DNA of 64,000 bases from an uncultured Aquimarina sp. (GCA_947495425.1 CANLYR010000022.1:360-64359); one strand, 5' to 3'; positions 1 to 9,545 are shown, counted from the first letter of the stretch. Numbers and translations: made by a program. Notes: generated by a model not told the origin, from the letters alone.

Positions 1-144
1 AATAAAGACATTGTAAAGCTCGTTGGGATCTATTAATATCCTTTTTTCGACTATTTCTGGTAATCAAGAGTTACTTTGGATTAGTATTAGAAGGTTTTAC
101 CATCACCTATAAAATATAGTACAAGTCTGTATCATCAGGGGTTT

Positions 145-660
145 TTATATTTCATTTTCACGTAAATCCTTTGCCAAACTTGCCATTTTTAGTTTTCGAT
201 TTCGTATTACGTATTGCAAATCAGATGGATTATCAATCATAAGCTGACGGTTGTAGTAGTTTATGTGTTCGAGTATAGCAAAAGTATTCGCCAAAACACT
301 GTAAAGCATGATTCTATTTGGGATAATTTTCCAGTCATTAAGGAACAATTGAATCGTAAATACTACAGGTATTAGTATTATTAAAAACAGGTTGACTTTT
401 TTTGAATATTTGAAAAATCTTAAGTTCTTTTCTTGATCTACTGGTGTATTAGTCAATCTATTCAACTTCAATTTCCAATAGTGTTGTCCTTGGATCAAAA
501 TTAGTATACATACTAAAAGACCATACAATAAGAATAAAACATCCTCAACTGGATTTTGCGTCATCATATATATTGCAATACATGGAAATGTAACAAAAGC
601 ATGAAATCTTTCTAATGGGTAATAGCTTTTTAATCTTTTAATCAGTTTTTGTTTACTCAT
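145..660 (-). CDS. hypothetical integral membrane protein (~4 TM)
   Basis: 171-aa ORF with several hydrophobic segments; no recognised family. Confidence 0.7.
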   Translation of the reverse strand: MSKQKLIKRLKSYYPLERFHAFVTFPCIAIYMMTQNPVEDVLFLLYGLLVCILILIQGQHYWKLKLNRLTNTPVDQEKNLRFFKYSKKVNLFLIILIPVVFTIQLFLNDWKIIPNRIMLYSVLANTFAILEHINYYNRQLMIDNPSDLQYVIRNRKLKMASLAKDLRENEI

Positions 661-1028
661 GTTTATTGTAACTATATAATGGCTTAAATTTTACTAAGAG
701 ACAAAAGAAAAATTTTAACGGACTTAAAATATACATATTGAAAGTTGCATACAAATAAGCTCAAAACTTTACCCTTTGGTGCAGCTTATAAAATTATGAA
801 AAAGTTTGATGAATTAGGTCCTTATCTGTATTACCTTATGTGTTCTTTGTGTGTAGTTTTATCGTAATTTGGTGTTAAAGGTTTTTGTATACTATCGTAT
901 ACTTTTGACAAATTGAGAATGTCGTTTCGGCACATTTTTAGATGAAAAATTGACAATAATTCTGAAAAATTGACAGCACAATGTTTATTTATAAGAAAAT
1001 TTTTACAAAATGTATAGTCGATTCATTT

Positions 1029-1043
1029 TGGTATTTTTTTTGT
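1029..1043 (+). promoter_or_regulatory. possible sigma54-like -24/-12 element upstream of hsp20
   Basis: TGGTAT-N5-TTGT (GG-N10-GT) ~70 bp upstream of the ATG; two AAATTGACA direct repeats further upstream (~947, ~968) could be activator sites; -12 is non-canonical. Confidence 0.3.
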
Positions 1044-1111
1044 TTTATTGAAGTTGAAATCAAATAAAGATTTCAAATTTGAAATTATGTTTAATTTAAA
1101 ATTTTGTAATT

Positions 1112-1588
1112 ATGAGCAATTTAGTTAGTGTTCCTAAAAGCGGAAGTTTAGCGAACAGTAATTCAAATCAAAACTTCCCAACTTTGTCTAATTGGTTAGA
1201 TGATATATTCAATCGAGACCTACCATCAGTATTTACATCAAATTTTAATACTGGAATTACTTTACCAAAAGTAAATATAAAAGAAACAGCCGATACTTTT
1301 GTGGTAGAAATGGCAGTTCCAGGTTTGAAAAAATCAGATTTCCATATTGACATTGATAATCAAGTATTATCAATTTCTACAGAGTCAAAAGAAGAAAATG
1401 AGCATGAGGAAGAAAATTATACTCGTAGAGAATTTGGTTACTCTTCGTTCAAAAGAACCTTTACGCTGCCTGAAAGTGTAAATGATGAAAAAATTAAGGC
1501 GAACTACAACGAAGGTATATTAAGTATTCTTTTACCAAAAAAAGAAGAGGCTAAACAAAAGCCAGTCAGAAGTATCAAGATTTCATAA
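1112..1588 (+). CDS. Hsp20/alpha-crystallin small heat-shock protein
   Basis: PKVNIKE...AVPGLKK...RREF.YSSF.RTFTLPE...A.YNEGIL...LPK alpha-crystallin signature. Confidence 0.95.
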   Translation: MSNLVSVPKSGSLANSNSNQNFPTLSNWLDDIFNRDLPSVFTSNFNTGITLPKVNIKETADTFVVEMAVPGLKKSDFHIDIDNQVLSISTESKEENEHEEENYTRREFGYSSFKRTFTLPESVNDEKIKANYNEGILSILLPKKEEAKQKPVRSIKIS

Positions 1589-1690
1589 TTGATTTACTAA
1601 TTTTTAGATTGAAGTATATGGACGGGGATCGAGAAATCGATCTCCTCTATACTACTCTACTCATATTTATTCTCTTAAAATTCTAATCGT

Positions 1691-1951
1691 ATGCCAAGAA
1701 CGTTTAAATCTGGAGATTGGGTAAAAATTAGAGGAAAACTTACCGCTCCCAAAATGCAAGTTATTAAATAGGTCCCTAAAAAAAACAAGAAACTGGGCTT
1801 GACCTATTATGATACGTATTTAGAATGCGTTTGGTATAAAGATGGTGAACGAAAATTAGAGGTATTCCACCAAAATAAATTGATTAAAATGATAGAAACT
1901 GGTGATTTGTTCAAAACATTTTTTACAAACCCTAAATTAAGTTTAACTTAA
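1691..1951 (+). pseudogene. YodC/DUF2158-like small protein interrupted by one in-frame TAG
   Basis: Manual translation MPRTFKSGDWVKIRGKLTAPKMQVIK*VPKK...LECVWYKDGERKLEVFHQNKL...; TAG at 1769-1771 and the frame stays open to TAA at 1949-1951; the FKxGDxV...PKMxV...CxW pattern is YodC-like. Confidence 0.65.
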
Positions 1952-1962
1952 AATCTAAAGTG

Positions 1963-2460
1963 ATGAAAAACTATTTTTTAGTATGTATGATTGGCGTGTT
2001 AAGTTTTGGTTGCAACGATCAAAAGAATGACGCAAAAAAAACTGAAACAAAAGAAAGTGAAGAAAATATAGTTGAACGACCTAAAGGTTCCTGGAAGGTT
2101 GATAAAGAATTTGATGACAACGGAAACTTAATCCGATATGACAGTATCTATTCTTGGTCATCAAATGGTGAATTAGATACTCTTTCTACTTTAGATAGAG
2201 ATAGTTTGTTACAATCTTTCAAATCGAGATTCTATACAAATTTTTCAAATTTTGAAGACAGAGGATTTGATGATGTTTTTTCTAAAGATTCACTTTTTAG
2301 TAATTATTACTTCAATGACGATTTTTTTGGAAGTGATTTCGGAAAGGATTTCATGGATCTCGACAAAATAACTCAACAAATGATAGCACGGCAGCAGAGA
2401 TTTTTAGAAAGATATCAGTCAGAGTTCAGTTTACAGCCTCAACCTAAAAACGAAAACTAG
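1963..2460 (+). CDS. hypothetical lipoprotein
   Basis: Signal peptide with lipobox LSFGC; D/F-rich C-terminal half. Confidence 0.75.
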   Translation: MKNYFLVCMIGVLSFGCNDQKNDAKKTETKESEENIVERPKGSWKVDKEFDDNGNLIRYDSIYSWSSNGELDTLSTLDRDSLLQSFKSRFYTNFSNFEDRGFDDVFSKDSLFSNYYFNDDFFGSDFGKDFMDLDKITQQMIARQQRFLERYQSEFSLQPQPKNEN

Positions 2461-2477
2461 ATAGTTTTCGTTTTTTT
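2447..2477 (+). terminator. intrinsic terminator overlapping the lipoprotein stop (probably bidirectional)
   Basis: AAAAACGAAAACTA-GA-TAGTTTTCGTTTTTTT inverted repeat with T-run between convergent genes. Confidence 0.6.
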
Positions 2478-2527
2478 CTGAATCGGTTGTTCTTGCATTA
2501 CATGCACGATCAAAATAAGATATGGTC

Positions 2528-3100
2528 TCAATCTACTTTATTTTTAGCTATATTTTTTCGGTCACACCAATACCAGATGGCATCTTCGCTCCCAACTTCA
2601 TAGGGAGCAATTTTATCGAATTTCATTCCGATTTTTTCCATTATTCTGATCGATGCTTTATTTTCTTTCATTGCAATGGCAATTATCTTTTTTAATTTGA
2701 GTGTATCAAATCCATACGTTAAAATTGCTTCAGCAGCCTCTGTTGCGATACCAGATCCCCAATATTCGGGTAAAAATCTATACCCAAGATCAATTTCATT
2801 AAATTCTGGTAGGTATGCCAAACCCGCCCAGCCTGTAAATTGCATGCCCTGCTTTAAAATAACGGCCCACCTGCCAAACCCATACTTCTTGTAGTTGCTA
2901 ATTCTTATCCGTATTGCATTTTCTATTTCTTCAATAGATGCAACGACAGGTTCTCCGGTATACTTTTGCACTTCTGGATTAGAGTACAGCGCAAAGAGTT
3001 CCTCTTTGTCATCCAAAGTGATCTCTCTTAACCATAGTCTTTCTGTTTCTAATACGTTTTTCAATGTAATATTTGTGATGGTGTACATGATTAATTGCAT
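2528..3100 (-). CDS. GNAT family N-acetyltransferase (RimJ/RimL-like)
   Basis: LETERLWLRE, YGFGRWAV, LGYRFLPEYWGSGIATEA, N.ASIRIMEKIGM motifs. Confidence 0.9.
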   Translation of the reverse strand: MQLIMYTITNITLKNVLETERLWLREITLDDKEELFALYSNPEVQKYTGEPVVASIEEIENAIRIRISNYKKYGFGRWAVILKQGMQFTGWAGLAYLPEFNEIDLGYRFLPEYWGSGIATEAAEAILTYGFDTLKLKKIIAIAMKENKASIRIMEKIGMKFDKIAPYEVGSEDAIWYWCDRKNIAKNKVD

Positions 3101-3419
3101 GTCATTAGCAGCTAATTTAGGAAATACAAACCTAACAAGAAGTCTGCGATAACATTTATAAGTAAAACAATAACAGTAAGCAATACTTATATGTGAATTT
3201 TAGTTGCCATTATTTTATTTCTAAAAGAAATAGTGTCTAGCCTTTCGAATCTTCTAACCAGTTCTCTCCTATTTGTATTAATCATTTCTTTAAACCTGCA
3301 TCGAAATCATATCAACATTACGATTCTAAGAACCAGTACTTAATTAAAAGTTAAACTATTGATAGAGCACACATTGCTACAAATTTAAATGTAGTTTCAG
3401 AGTATAAATACCATATATT

Positions 3420-3623
3420 ATGTCAAAAATTCATTTATTTCGCATAAGTTTATTTTGTGGTATTGTTTCTTTACTGTTTTCCTGTTCTAATGATGAATTG
3501 GATCTTCTACAAGAGACAAATAGTATCAAAAACACAGCTATCACAAATAATTCTCCGGATCTCGACGCAGACCTACAGGCGATAGTTCTTTATTTCAAGA
3601 AATTAACACCATTACTACGCTGA
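3420..3623 (+). CDS. short lipoprotein-like ORF, possibly truncated
   Basis: Signal peptide with LFSC lipobox but only 67 aa; abuts the next gene. Confidence 0.45.
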   Translation: MSKIHLFRISLFCGIVSLLFSCSNDELDLLQETNSIKNTAITNNSPDLDADLQAIVLYFKKLTPLLR

Positions 3624-3624
3624 T

Positions 3625-4137
3625 ATGAATCTAATTTTTTCAAAAGCTCTAATGTATTTAATTCCTTTTGTTTTTATTTTAATTTCCTGTAAAAATTCCC
3701 ATAAAAAGCCTATGCATTATAAAGGAAATGACGATTTAGATACCACGGTAAGTAATAAAGGTGAAACAGCATCTAAAGAACATGTAGGCAATGATTCCGT
3801 TTCCCTTTCATTACACCCAAACACAATACACAACAATTTCGTTGATTCCTTAGCATTAAAAGTGCATAACAATACCAATGATACCATATTTTACGGTGAT
3901 CGATTTTACATTGACAAATATTCTGATCATGAATGGAAAAGTGTAAAGGCTTTCGACACCTTATTCTACAATGACATTGGTTATTATGGTTTTCCAATGA
4001 CAGAAAACGAACATCCGATAAGTTTAAATCATGTAGACTATATATTTAAAAAAGGAGCATATCGGATTCGAAAGAAAATTTCCATAAAAGGCATAAAAAC
4101 AAAAAAGACGTACTATGTCGCTTTCGAAATAAGATAA
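3625..4137 (+). CDS. lipoprotein with Ig-like beta-sandwich domain
   Basis: LISC lipobox; N.TNDTIFYG..F.I.KY....W...F.DIGY...GAYRIRK pattern typical of a bacterial Ig-like domain. Confidence 0.65.
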   Translation: MNLIFSKALMYLIPFVFILISCKNSHKKPMHYKGNDDLDTTVSNKGETASKEHVGNDSVSLSLHPNTIHNNFVDSLALKVHNNTNDTIFYGDRFYIDKYSDHEWKSVKAFDTLFYNDIGYYGFPMTENEHPISLNHVDYIFKKGAYRIRKKISIKGIKTKKTYYVAFEIR

Positions 4138-4179
4138 TGGTAAAGATGTACTTTTCACAGGGAATTAGGCTCTGATACA

Positions 4180-4259
4180 AATCCGTACTTCTTATAGTCA
4201 CTACTTCTTATTCGTATTGCATTTTCTATTTCTTCAATAGATGCAACGACAGGTACTCC
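4180..4259 (-). repeat. ~80-bp diverged duplicate of an internal segment of the GNAT gene (copy of ~2877-2956)
   Basis: CGTATTGCATTTTCTATTTCTTCAATAGATGCAACGACAGGT is identical in both places; flanks carry ~8 substitutions. Confidence 0.85.
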
Positions 4260-4409
4260 CCATTTATTACGCTTAAGCTCAATTTGATGTGGCTTAGCAT
4301 AAAATATTTTTATAGTTTGATTCCTGCAAATGCCTTTTTTTCTAGCGGAAGATTAAATCGATATCATGAATCTGTATTCAATGTATTTTAGTCAAAATTG
4401 TAATAGAAA

Positions 4410-5693
4410 CTAAACAATGCCTAACACAGATGATAATGCAGATGCTAAACCTAAAAAACTTAAAAACCCACAAATATCTGTTACTGTAGTCAAGATAATT
4501 GAAGATGATGTTGCCGGGTCTTGTCCAATAGCTTTTAAACCAATTGGGATAACAGCACCAGAAAATCCGGCAATAACCATTGAAAGTATCATAGAGATCC
4601 CTATAACCACAGCAATACCTATTGAGTCTGCCCAGAAAAAAACGACTATCCCTGTAGTAATTGCCACTGCTACCCCATTAATAAAGCCTACCATAAGTTC
4701 TTTTTTGGCAACACGTAACCATTGCCCTATCCTGATTTCTTTTAAGGCCAAGCCTCGAATAGTAACAGCCAATGCTTGAGAACCTGTATTACCTGATTGA
4801 CCAGCAACAACCGGTAGAAATATAGCTAAAATCGTAATTTTTGCAATGGTATCTTCAAAAAAACCGACAACCATTGAAGCCAGAAAAGCGGTAACTAAGT
4901 TAATTTGAAGCCAAGGCAAACGTTTGCGTACCGCAAATGATGTTTTAGAAAGTGCATGCTCTTCCTTTCCTGCACCAAACATCGTTTGCAAATCACCACT
5001 TGCTTCTTCCCGAGAAACCGATAAGACCATATCGTTCCTTATAATACCGAGCAAATGGTTGTGTATATCAACCACCGGAATTTGTAAAAGAGAGTGGGCC
5101 TCGATACTATTTAGAATTTCTTCTCTAGTAGCCATCGACTGTACGCTATGCGCTTGATACATAAGCACCCCCATCTGTTCATCAGGTTTGGCAATTGCGA
5201 TATAATTTACAGGAACTCTACCAACAAGTTTTTGTTCTTCATCTATGATGTAAACGGTTATGATTCTTTTATCGCCCAGTTTACGTAGTTTTGTGAGTAT
5301 CGTTTCAACGGTGTTGTCTTTGGTACCAGTTAGTACATTGGTTTCCATAAGAAATCCCGCTGTATTTTCATCGTAATCCAAGAAGTCTTTAATTTCCCGT
5401 GATATAATTTTAGGAAGAAGTTCGAGTTTTATATCTACGGAATTTCGGTTCAATCTTGAAAGAATTCTTGCTGCCTTATGCGTATCCGCTTTTGAGAAAA
5501 TTTTTTTAAATAAATCATCACTCATCATCGGGAAAACATCAATGATAACATGCGTAGAAAATTCAAAAAACACGTTCTGAGCATTTTCTTTAGTCGCTGT
5601 ATCTAGAAATGATATTATCTCGTCATGACTCGTATCTTCCAAGCTAGAGGCAATCTCTTTTGAAGTTTGTATAGAAAATTTATTATTCAACAT
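4410..5693 (-). CDS. mgtE: magnesium transporter MgtE
   Basis: N-domain, CBS pair (TAGFLM, IPVVD), TM domain with RLPWL, GQSGNTGSQ and DPA..S...TT.TD motifs. Confidence 0.92.
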   Translation of the reverse strand: MLNNKFSIQTSKEIASSLEDTSHDEIISFLDTATKENAQNVFFEFSTHVIIDVFPMMSDDLFKKIFSKADTHKAARILSRLNRNSVDIKLELLPKIISREIKDFLDYDENTAGFLMETNVLTGTKDNTVETILTKLRKLGDKRIITVYIIDEEQKLVGRVPVNYIAIAKPDEQMGVLMYQAHSVQSMATREEILNSIEAHSLLQIPVVDIHNHLLGIIRNDMVLSVSREEASGDLQTMFGAGKEEHALSKTSFAVRKRLPWLQINLVTAFLASMVVGFFEDTIAKITILAIFLPVVAGQSGNTGSQALAVTIRGLALKEIRIGQWLRVAKKELMVGFINGVAVAITTGIVVFFWADSIGIAVVIGISMILSMVIAGFSGAVIPIGLKAIGQDPATSSSIILTTVTDICGFLSFLGLASALSSVLGIV

Positions 5694-5695
5694 AC

Positions 5696-6247
5696 CTATG
5701 AAGTTTCTTGATTAATGGTCGTAAGACTGTTCTCCTTTTCAGCCGTAAATGAATTGATTTTACGAATGGTTTTGATTATAAAAACATTGTTGGGTAAGGT
5801 TATTTCGTCGTCTGAGTCTGCCAATTTAATTTTAGTGAAAAATAATCCAATATTTATCACCTCTCCTCTTATCTCATAATCTTTGGTTTCCATCATTGAG
5901 ATCGTATCTCCAATTTTTACAGAATGACCAAAAAATATAATGATGCTTGACGTAATATTGGATAAAAGCGACCATTGTGCAAAGAATGCCACACCAACAA
6001 TCGTTAATATAGACCCTATAAAAACAGCCAATTCCGATTGTTTTACACCCCATATGACCATCAGTAAAACCAGACTTATCAATAGTAGAATAAAGTTGAT
6101 CGCTCTTCTGATAAGCTGTGTTCTGGATTTTTGAACCACCTTATCTATTATCGATTTACTAATAAGTTGATTTAGCACTATTCTGATAATTATGAATAGC
6201 GCAAGAACGACAATTGATTCTATAATTTTAGAGTAGTATATTTCCAT
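5696..6247 (-). CDS. small MscS-family mechanosensitive channel protein
   Basis: TM helices then FAQWSLLSNITS...KIGD.I...G.V..IGLF.T...PNN. Confidence 0.85.
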   Translation of the reverse strand: MEIYYSKIIESIVVLALFIIIRIVLNQLISKSIIDKVVQKSRTQLIRRAINFILLLISLVLLMVIWGVKQSELAVFIGSILTIVGVAFFAQWSLLSNITSSIIIFFGHSVKIGDTISMMETKDYEIRGEVINIGLFFTKIKLADSDDEITLPNNVFIIKTIRKINSFTAEKENSLTTINQETS

Positions 6248-6499
6248 ACAGCTTATTTTTCATTATTTTGATTGGAAGGTCTAATTACAGTAAATTATTT
6301 TACATCTCAATCATAAATTTTAATTTTTAGCGCTATGCTTTTTAACTTGTGTACATCGCCAAATAGGCGAGCATACCTAAACCAATCGATGTATCCCTGA
6401 ATCGCTGGCAGGCAGGTGCGCATTTTTATTTCTTGATCAATTTATAAAAATCTGGCGTTACTGCAAAAGGAAATGATCTTTTGATTTTGCACTAAACTT

Positions 6500-6531
6500 T
6501 GCTCTGATTTCATAGGATGTTATGCACTGAA
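6500..6531 (-). mobile_element. degenerate cassette-junction (attC-like) half site right after the 6532 stop
   Basis: Minus strand reads TAG-TTCAGTGCATAACATCC, resembling the ...GCRYAACA left arm seen at 7500-7518. Confidence 0.35.
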
Positions 6532-7404
6532 CTATTCATACTTTTTTTTAAATTGTCCACTTAAATGTAAATGATCTGTATATAGAGTTCCTCTTAAATA
6601 GTTAATTTCATTGTCAATTTTTGAAAAATCTGTTTTATTTCCAACTTCTTCTTTAAGGAAATCCATACAAAATCCAACTCCATCAGTTATATGAAATAAA
6701 GCTATGAACATATTACCAAATACATCGTTGATGTCTGAATTCGCGTAAATAATTGAGGCTGTTCCAAAATGGTCATATTTGGAATAAATATCATAAAGTG
6801 TAAATACAGTCAAATAATCAATTCCTTGAGTGTATTTAGCAAATTGGTCTAGCCTCTTTCTTATAGTAGCAGGATTAATATCATCTTTTCTTTTATAGAT
6901 TAGAGATTCCGAAGGTTTACTATAATTTAAAAGCTTGTTTTTATCAAAAAACTTGTTAAAATTAGTATAGATAACATTAACAAATTCGCAAAACTTTTCA
7001 TGGTCGTAACCTAAAGTCTGTTTATCTTTTTCGGAAACTGTCAATAGTCTTCTTACTTGTTCAGATAATAACTTATCATACTCTTTATCATAACTTGTTT
7101 TTTCGTTTTTAACTCCTGCCCTTTTTTCAACATAAAAGGTCCTTAGATATAAAATAGTTAAGTAGTCTAAAAGGCTTGATCTTAAAATTATTGCAATAGA
7201 ATATGAACGAAAGGCGTTTTCCTTATCAAGCCCTTCCACGAGAATGTTGATAGATTCAAAACAACTAATATATCTATTAAAAAGATTTTCATAAACATTG
7301 AAAGTTCTATGGTTTTCTTTAGCAATTTTTAAACCATCTTCCAAAATAACTTTAAGATGAATCTTCATTTTAAAAAGTTTATTTTGATTTAATTCTGAAA
7401 GCAT
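6532..7404 (-). CDS. hypothetical protein (cassette-borne, mostly helical)
   Basis: 290-aa AT-rich ORF; IILRS.L and Y..YS.Y.H motifs; no confident family. Confidence 0.75.
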   Translation of the reverse strand: MLSELNQNKLFKMKIHLKVILEDGLKIAKENHRTFNVYENLFNRYISCFESINILVEGLDKENAFRSYSIAIILRSSLLDYLTILYLRTFYVEKRAGVKNEKTSYDKEYDKLLSEQVRRLLTVSEKDKQTLGYDHEKFCEFVNVIYTNFNKFFDKNKLLNYSKPSESLIYKRKDDINPATIRKRLDQFAKYTQGIDYLTVFTLYDIYSKYDHFGTASIIYANSDINDVFGNMFIALFHITDGVGFCMDFLKEEVGNKTDFSKIDNEINYLRGTLYTDHLHLSGQFKKKYE

Positions 7405-7445
7405 TGTTTAAAAAATTAATATTTGTGTATAGAGTCTTTTTAACT

Positions 7446-7518
7446 TTGTGTATGACGGTTTGGCTATGCGCAGTGTCCCGAAGTGCATTACGTATAGACG
7501 TTGTTGCGCGTTCGTGCT
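7446..7518 (-). mobile_element. imperfect hairpin of Bacteroidota cassette-junction (attC-like) type
   Basis: Minus strand GCACGAACGCGCAACAACGTCTATACGTAATGCACTTCGGGACACTGCGCATAGCCAAACCGTCATACACAA forms a bulged stem-loop between two co-oriented genes. Confidence 0.55.
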
Positions 7519-7558
7519 TTCATTTCTTTTTAATTTTCCATGTTCTCCTGTTCGATGG

Positions 7559-8131
7559 CTATAATCCATTTACCTTAAATATTAAGACACATAGTGCTTT
7601 ATCAAATCTGTGATAGATTTTCTCTTCTTCTTTCTTGTCGAGAATTGTGTACCTAAAGTCTTTTTTCTGAAAGTCACCTCCTGTTACCATTTTACGATAT
7701 TGAAAACGACAACTCTTTATCTCCTCAAAATCATCTTTGAACTTATTCTTTCCGCAATGATAAGATAGAGTAACAATTGTATCAAGTTCGTTAGAGATTG
7801 TTGTGAATAGACTTATAAGTTGGTAGGTATTTGCAGAAGAAACGGTTTGTTTTTGAACACACTCAGCAACGGTATGATTTACAGTTTGAATTGTTCCTTG
7901 CAAGGCCTCAATTTTTCGAATAATCACATCTTTCTCACTTCTCTTGTTATGCATATTTCGTTCAAGAAAAATCGGGATATAGACCGCAAGGAAGATTGTT
8001 ACAACCAAAGTTGCCAAACCAACGACATCAATTTTGTCTTCAAATGAAAAGAGGGGGTAATAATGCTGCAATCCCATTCCGATTACAACACCTACAAGTA
8101 CCAATATGACTCCAATAATGTAACGCATCAT
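7559..8131 (-). CDS. hypothetical protein with 2 N-terminal TM helices and a helical cytoplasmic domain
   Basis: Hydrophobic residues 4-22 and 36-55; ATGA overlap with the upstream STAS-like gene. Confidence 0.8.
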   Translation of the reverse strand: MMRYIIGVILVLVGVVIGMGLQHYYPLFSFEDKIDVVGLATLVVTIFLAVYIPIFLERNMHNKRSEKDVIIRKIEALQGTIQTVNHTVAECVQKQTVSSANTYQLISLFTTISNELDTIVTLSYHCGKNKFKDDFEEIKSCRFQYRKMVTGGDFQKKDFRYTILDKKEEEKIYHRFDKALCVLIFKVNGL

Positions 8132-8460
8132 TTGTCATTGGCTTCTCTAATGTATTCAATGATGTCTTCTTCAAGGAATGGATCGTCATCTGATTTGAAA
8201 TCCAAGTTGTCCAAAACGATTTTTGATTCCTTGTACTCTCTTGTAAGACCACCAAAAGCTGCTTCCAAAAATGAAGTAGCATAGCCAGCTGTCCCATCAA
8301 GGTCTATGAACAATTTTTTCTTTTTCGAAAGAGCTTGCTTGAATTTTGGCAGAAGAATCCTTTCCAAAAACTCTTCGCCTGGGAAATCGCCTTCGATTTC
8401 CTCACGTACACCAGGAATGGTGGTGTAGTCGTCTGCTATTTTAATAATTAACTTGTCCAT
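8128..8460 (-). CDS. STAS-like domain protein (DUF4325-like)
   Basis: GEEF....L.P...L.IDLDGT.GYATSFLEAAFGGL signature; likely start MDKLII at 8460. Confidence 0.85.
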   Translation of the reverse strand: MDKLIIKIADDYTTIPGVREEIEGDFPGEEFLERILLPKFKQALSKKKKLFIDLDGTAGYATSFLEAAFGGLTREYKESKIVLDNLDFKSDDDPFLEEDIIEYIREANDK

Positions 8461-9476
8461 CTGTTTGTATTGTTTAGTTCCCAATAAAGAAAGGTTCCAC
8501 TAAATTCTTTTGATAATCTTTCATATTTGTCTGTGCTCAAATCAGCCTTTACATCATTTGAAATGATTTTAAGGTTGCTGTAGTAATTGCGTTCAAGACC
8601 TTTGTATATGTTCGGTAATCCCTTACCTCTATACGGGATTTTGGTACTTGACATTTTTCGACCGCTTATTATTTCTTTAAGAACCTCACGGTTATCAGTT
8701 ATTCCAAAGAATGATTTCAAATTATCTCGGAAACCACTCATTTTAGATGACTTGAAAATACCAACTCCCATATCAATAAAGGCAAAGGAAACCTTATTTA
8801 AAGCTTTATCATGGTAAACGGTCAGCCACCATGTCTCATGACCAATTTGAGTTGGTTTAGCATGGTAACAAGTGTTTGCCATACTTTCCATTAAAGCTCG
8901 GTAAACACCTGGACATCTTGCTTCCTGACCAAATACAATTTTGGTTGCTCTTTTAATCATTTCATTGGCAATACCACCTTCAGCCTTTTTGTTTTGTCTT
9001 GTCAGAATGTAGTTCTTGTGTTCGTTATCTGTGCCATTCGCACCAAATACACCGCTTTCCTGAAAAATCTTTCTAAGTTCATCATCTTTGGGATAATTGC
9101 CTTTGATTGGCACACCTTTAGTAATTGCTGGATTCTTAACTACTGCAAGCAGCAAGACAATCGCGTCATTGGTAAGATGGGTAATCTCTTTAAGGTTGAT
9201 TAATATCGGTTTTCTATGTTTTATTTTGTTTATAATCAGTTCCAAATAAGATAAAATGGCCACAGTGTTTTCTACAAACGAAAAATTGGACGGAGCAGGT
9301 AAGCTCTCAAACTGGCTGATTAAGCTTCGTTCGCGTTGTTCTTCTATTGGGACGCCATCAATTGTCCCTCTTTTTTTCTTGACCTTTTCTTTACTCGATA
9401 GCCGCTGCTTCAAACGGTCTTTCGCTTGCTTAGTATTGCGTTTTTTATATTCAGCTGTTGTGTAAAGTTTCTTCAT
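8448..9476 (-). CDS. STAS-like + GHKL (HATPase_c) ATP-binding protein
   Basis: N-box E..AN...HA, G1 DMGVGI, G2 RGKGL, G3 FSGT; no HisKA phospho-His domain; upstream INLKEITHL...AIVLL segment is STAS-like. Confidence 0.8.
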   Translation of the reverse strand: MKKLYTTAEYKKRNTKQAKDRLKQRLSSKEKVKKKRGTIDGVPIEEQRERSLISQFESLPAPSNFSFVENTVAILSYLELIINKIKHRKPILINLKEITHLTNDAIVLLLAVVKNPAITKGVPIKGNYPKDDELRKIFQESGVFGANGTDNEHKNYILTRQNKKAEGGIANEMIKRATKIVFGQEARCPGVYRALMESMANTCYHAKPTQIGHETWWLTVYHDKALNKVSFAFIDMGVGIFKSSKMSGFRDNLKSFFGITDNREVLKEIISGRKMSSTKIPYRGKGLPNIYKGLERNYYSNLKIISNDVKADLSTDKYERLSKEFSGTFLYWELNNTNRWTS

Positions 9477-9516
9477 TTAAATTTCACTTCTGGTCTATTT
9501 TCAGTTTGTGCTTTTT

Positions 9517-9545
9517 GCATGACGCACAACAATTTCGTATGCATG
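9517..9545 (-). mobile_element. probable cassette-junction right arm upstream of the GHKL gene
   Basis: Minus strand ...ATACGAAATTGTTGTGCGTCATGC, similar to the CGTCATACACAA end of the 7446-7518 site. Confidence 0.35.

Noticed and set aside
1769..1771. Pyrrolysine or recoded TAG
   Set aside because: TAG serves as a normal stop for other genes here (e.g. 2458-2460), and no pyl genes are visible.
2877..4259. DGR template/variable repeat pair
   Set aside because: Mismatches are not adenine-specific on either strand, the repeat is mid-gene, and there is no reverse transcriptase in the window.
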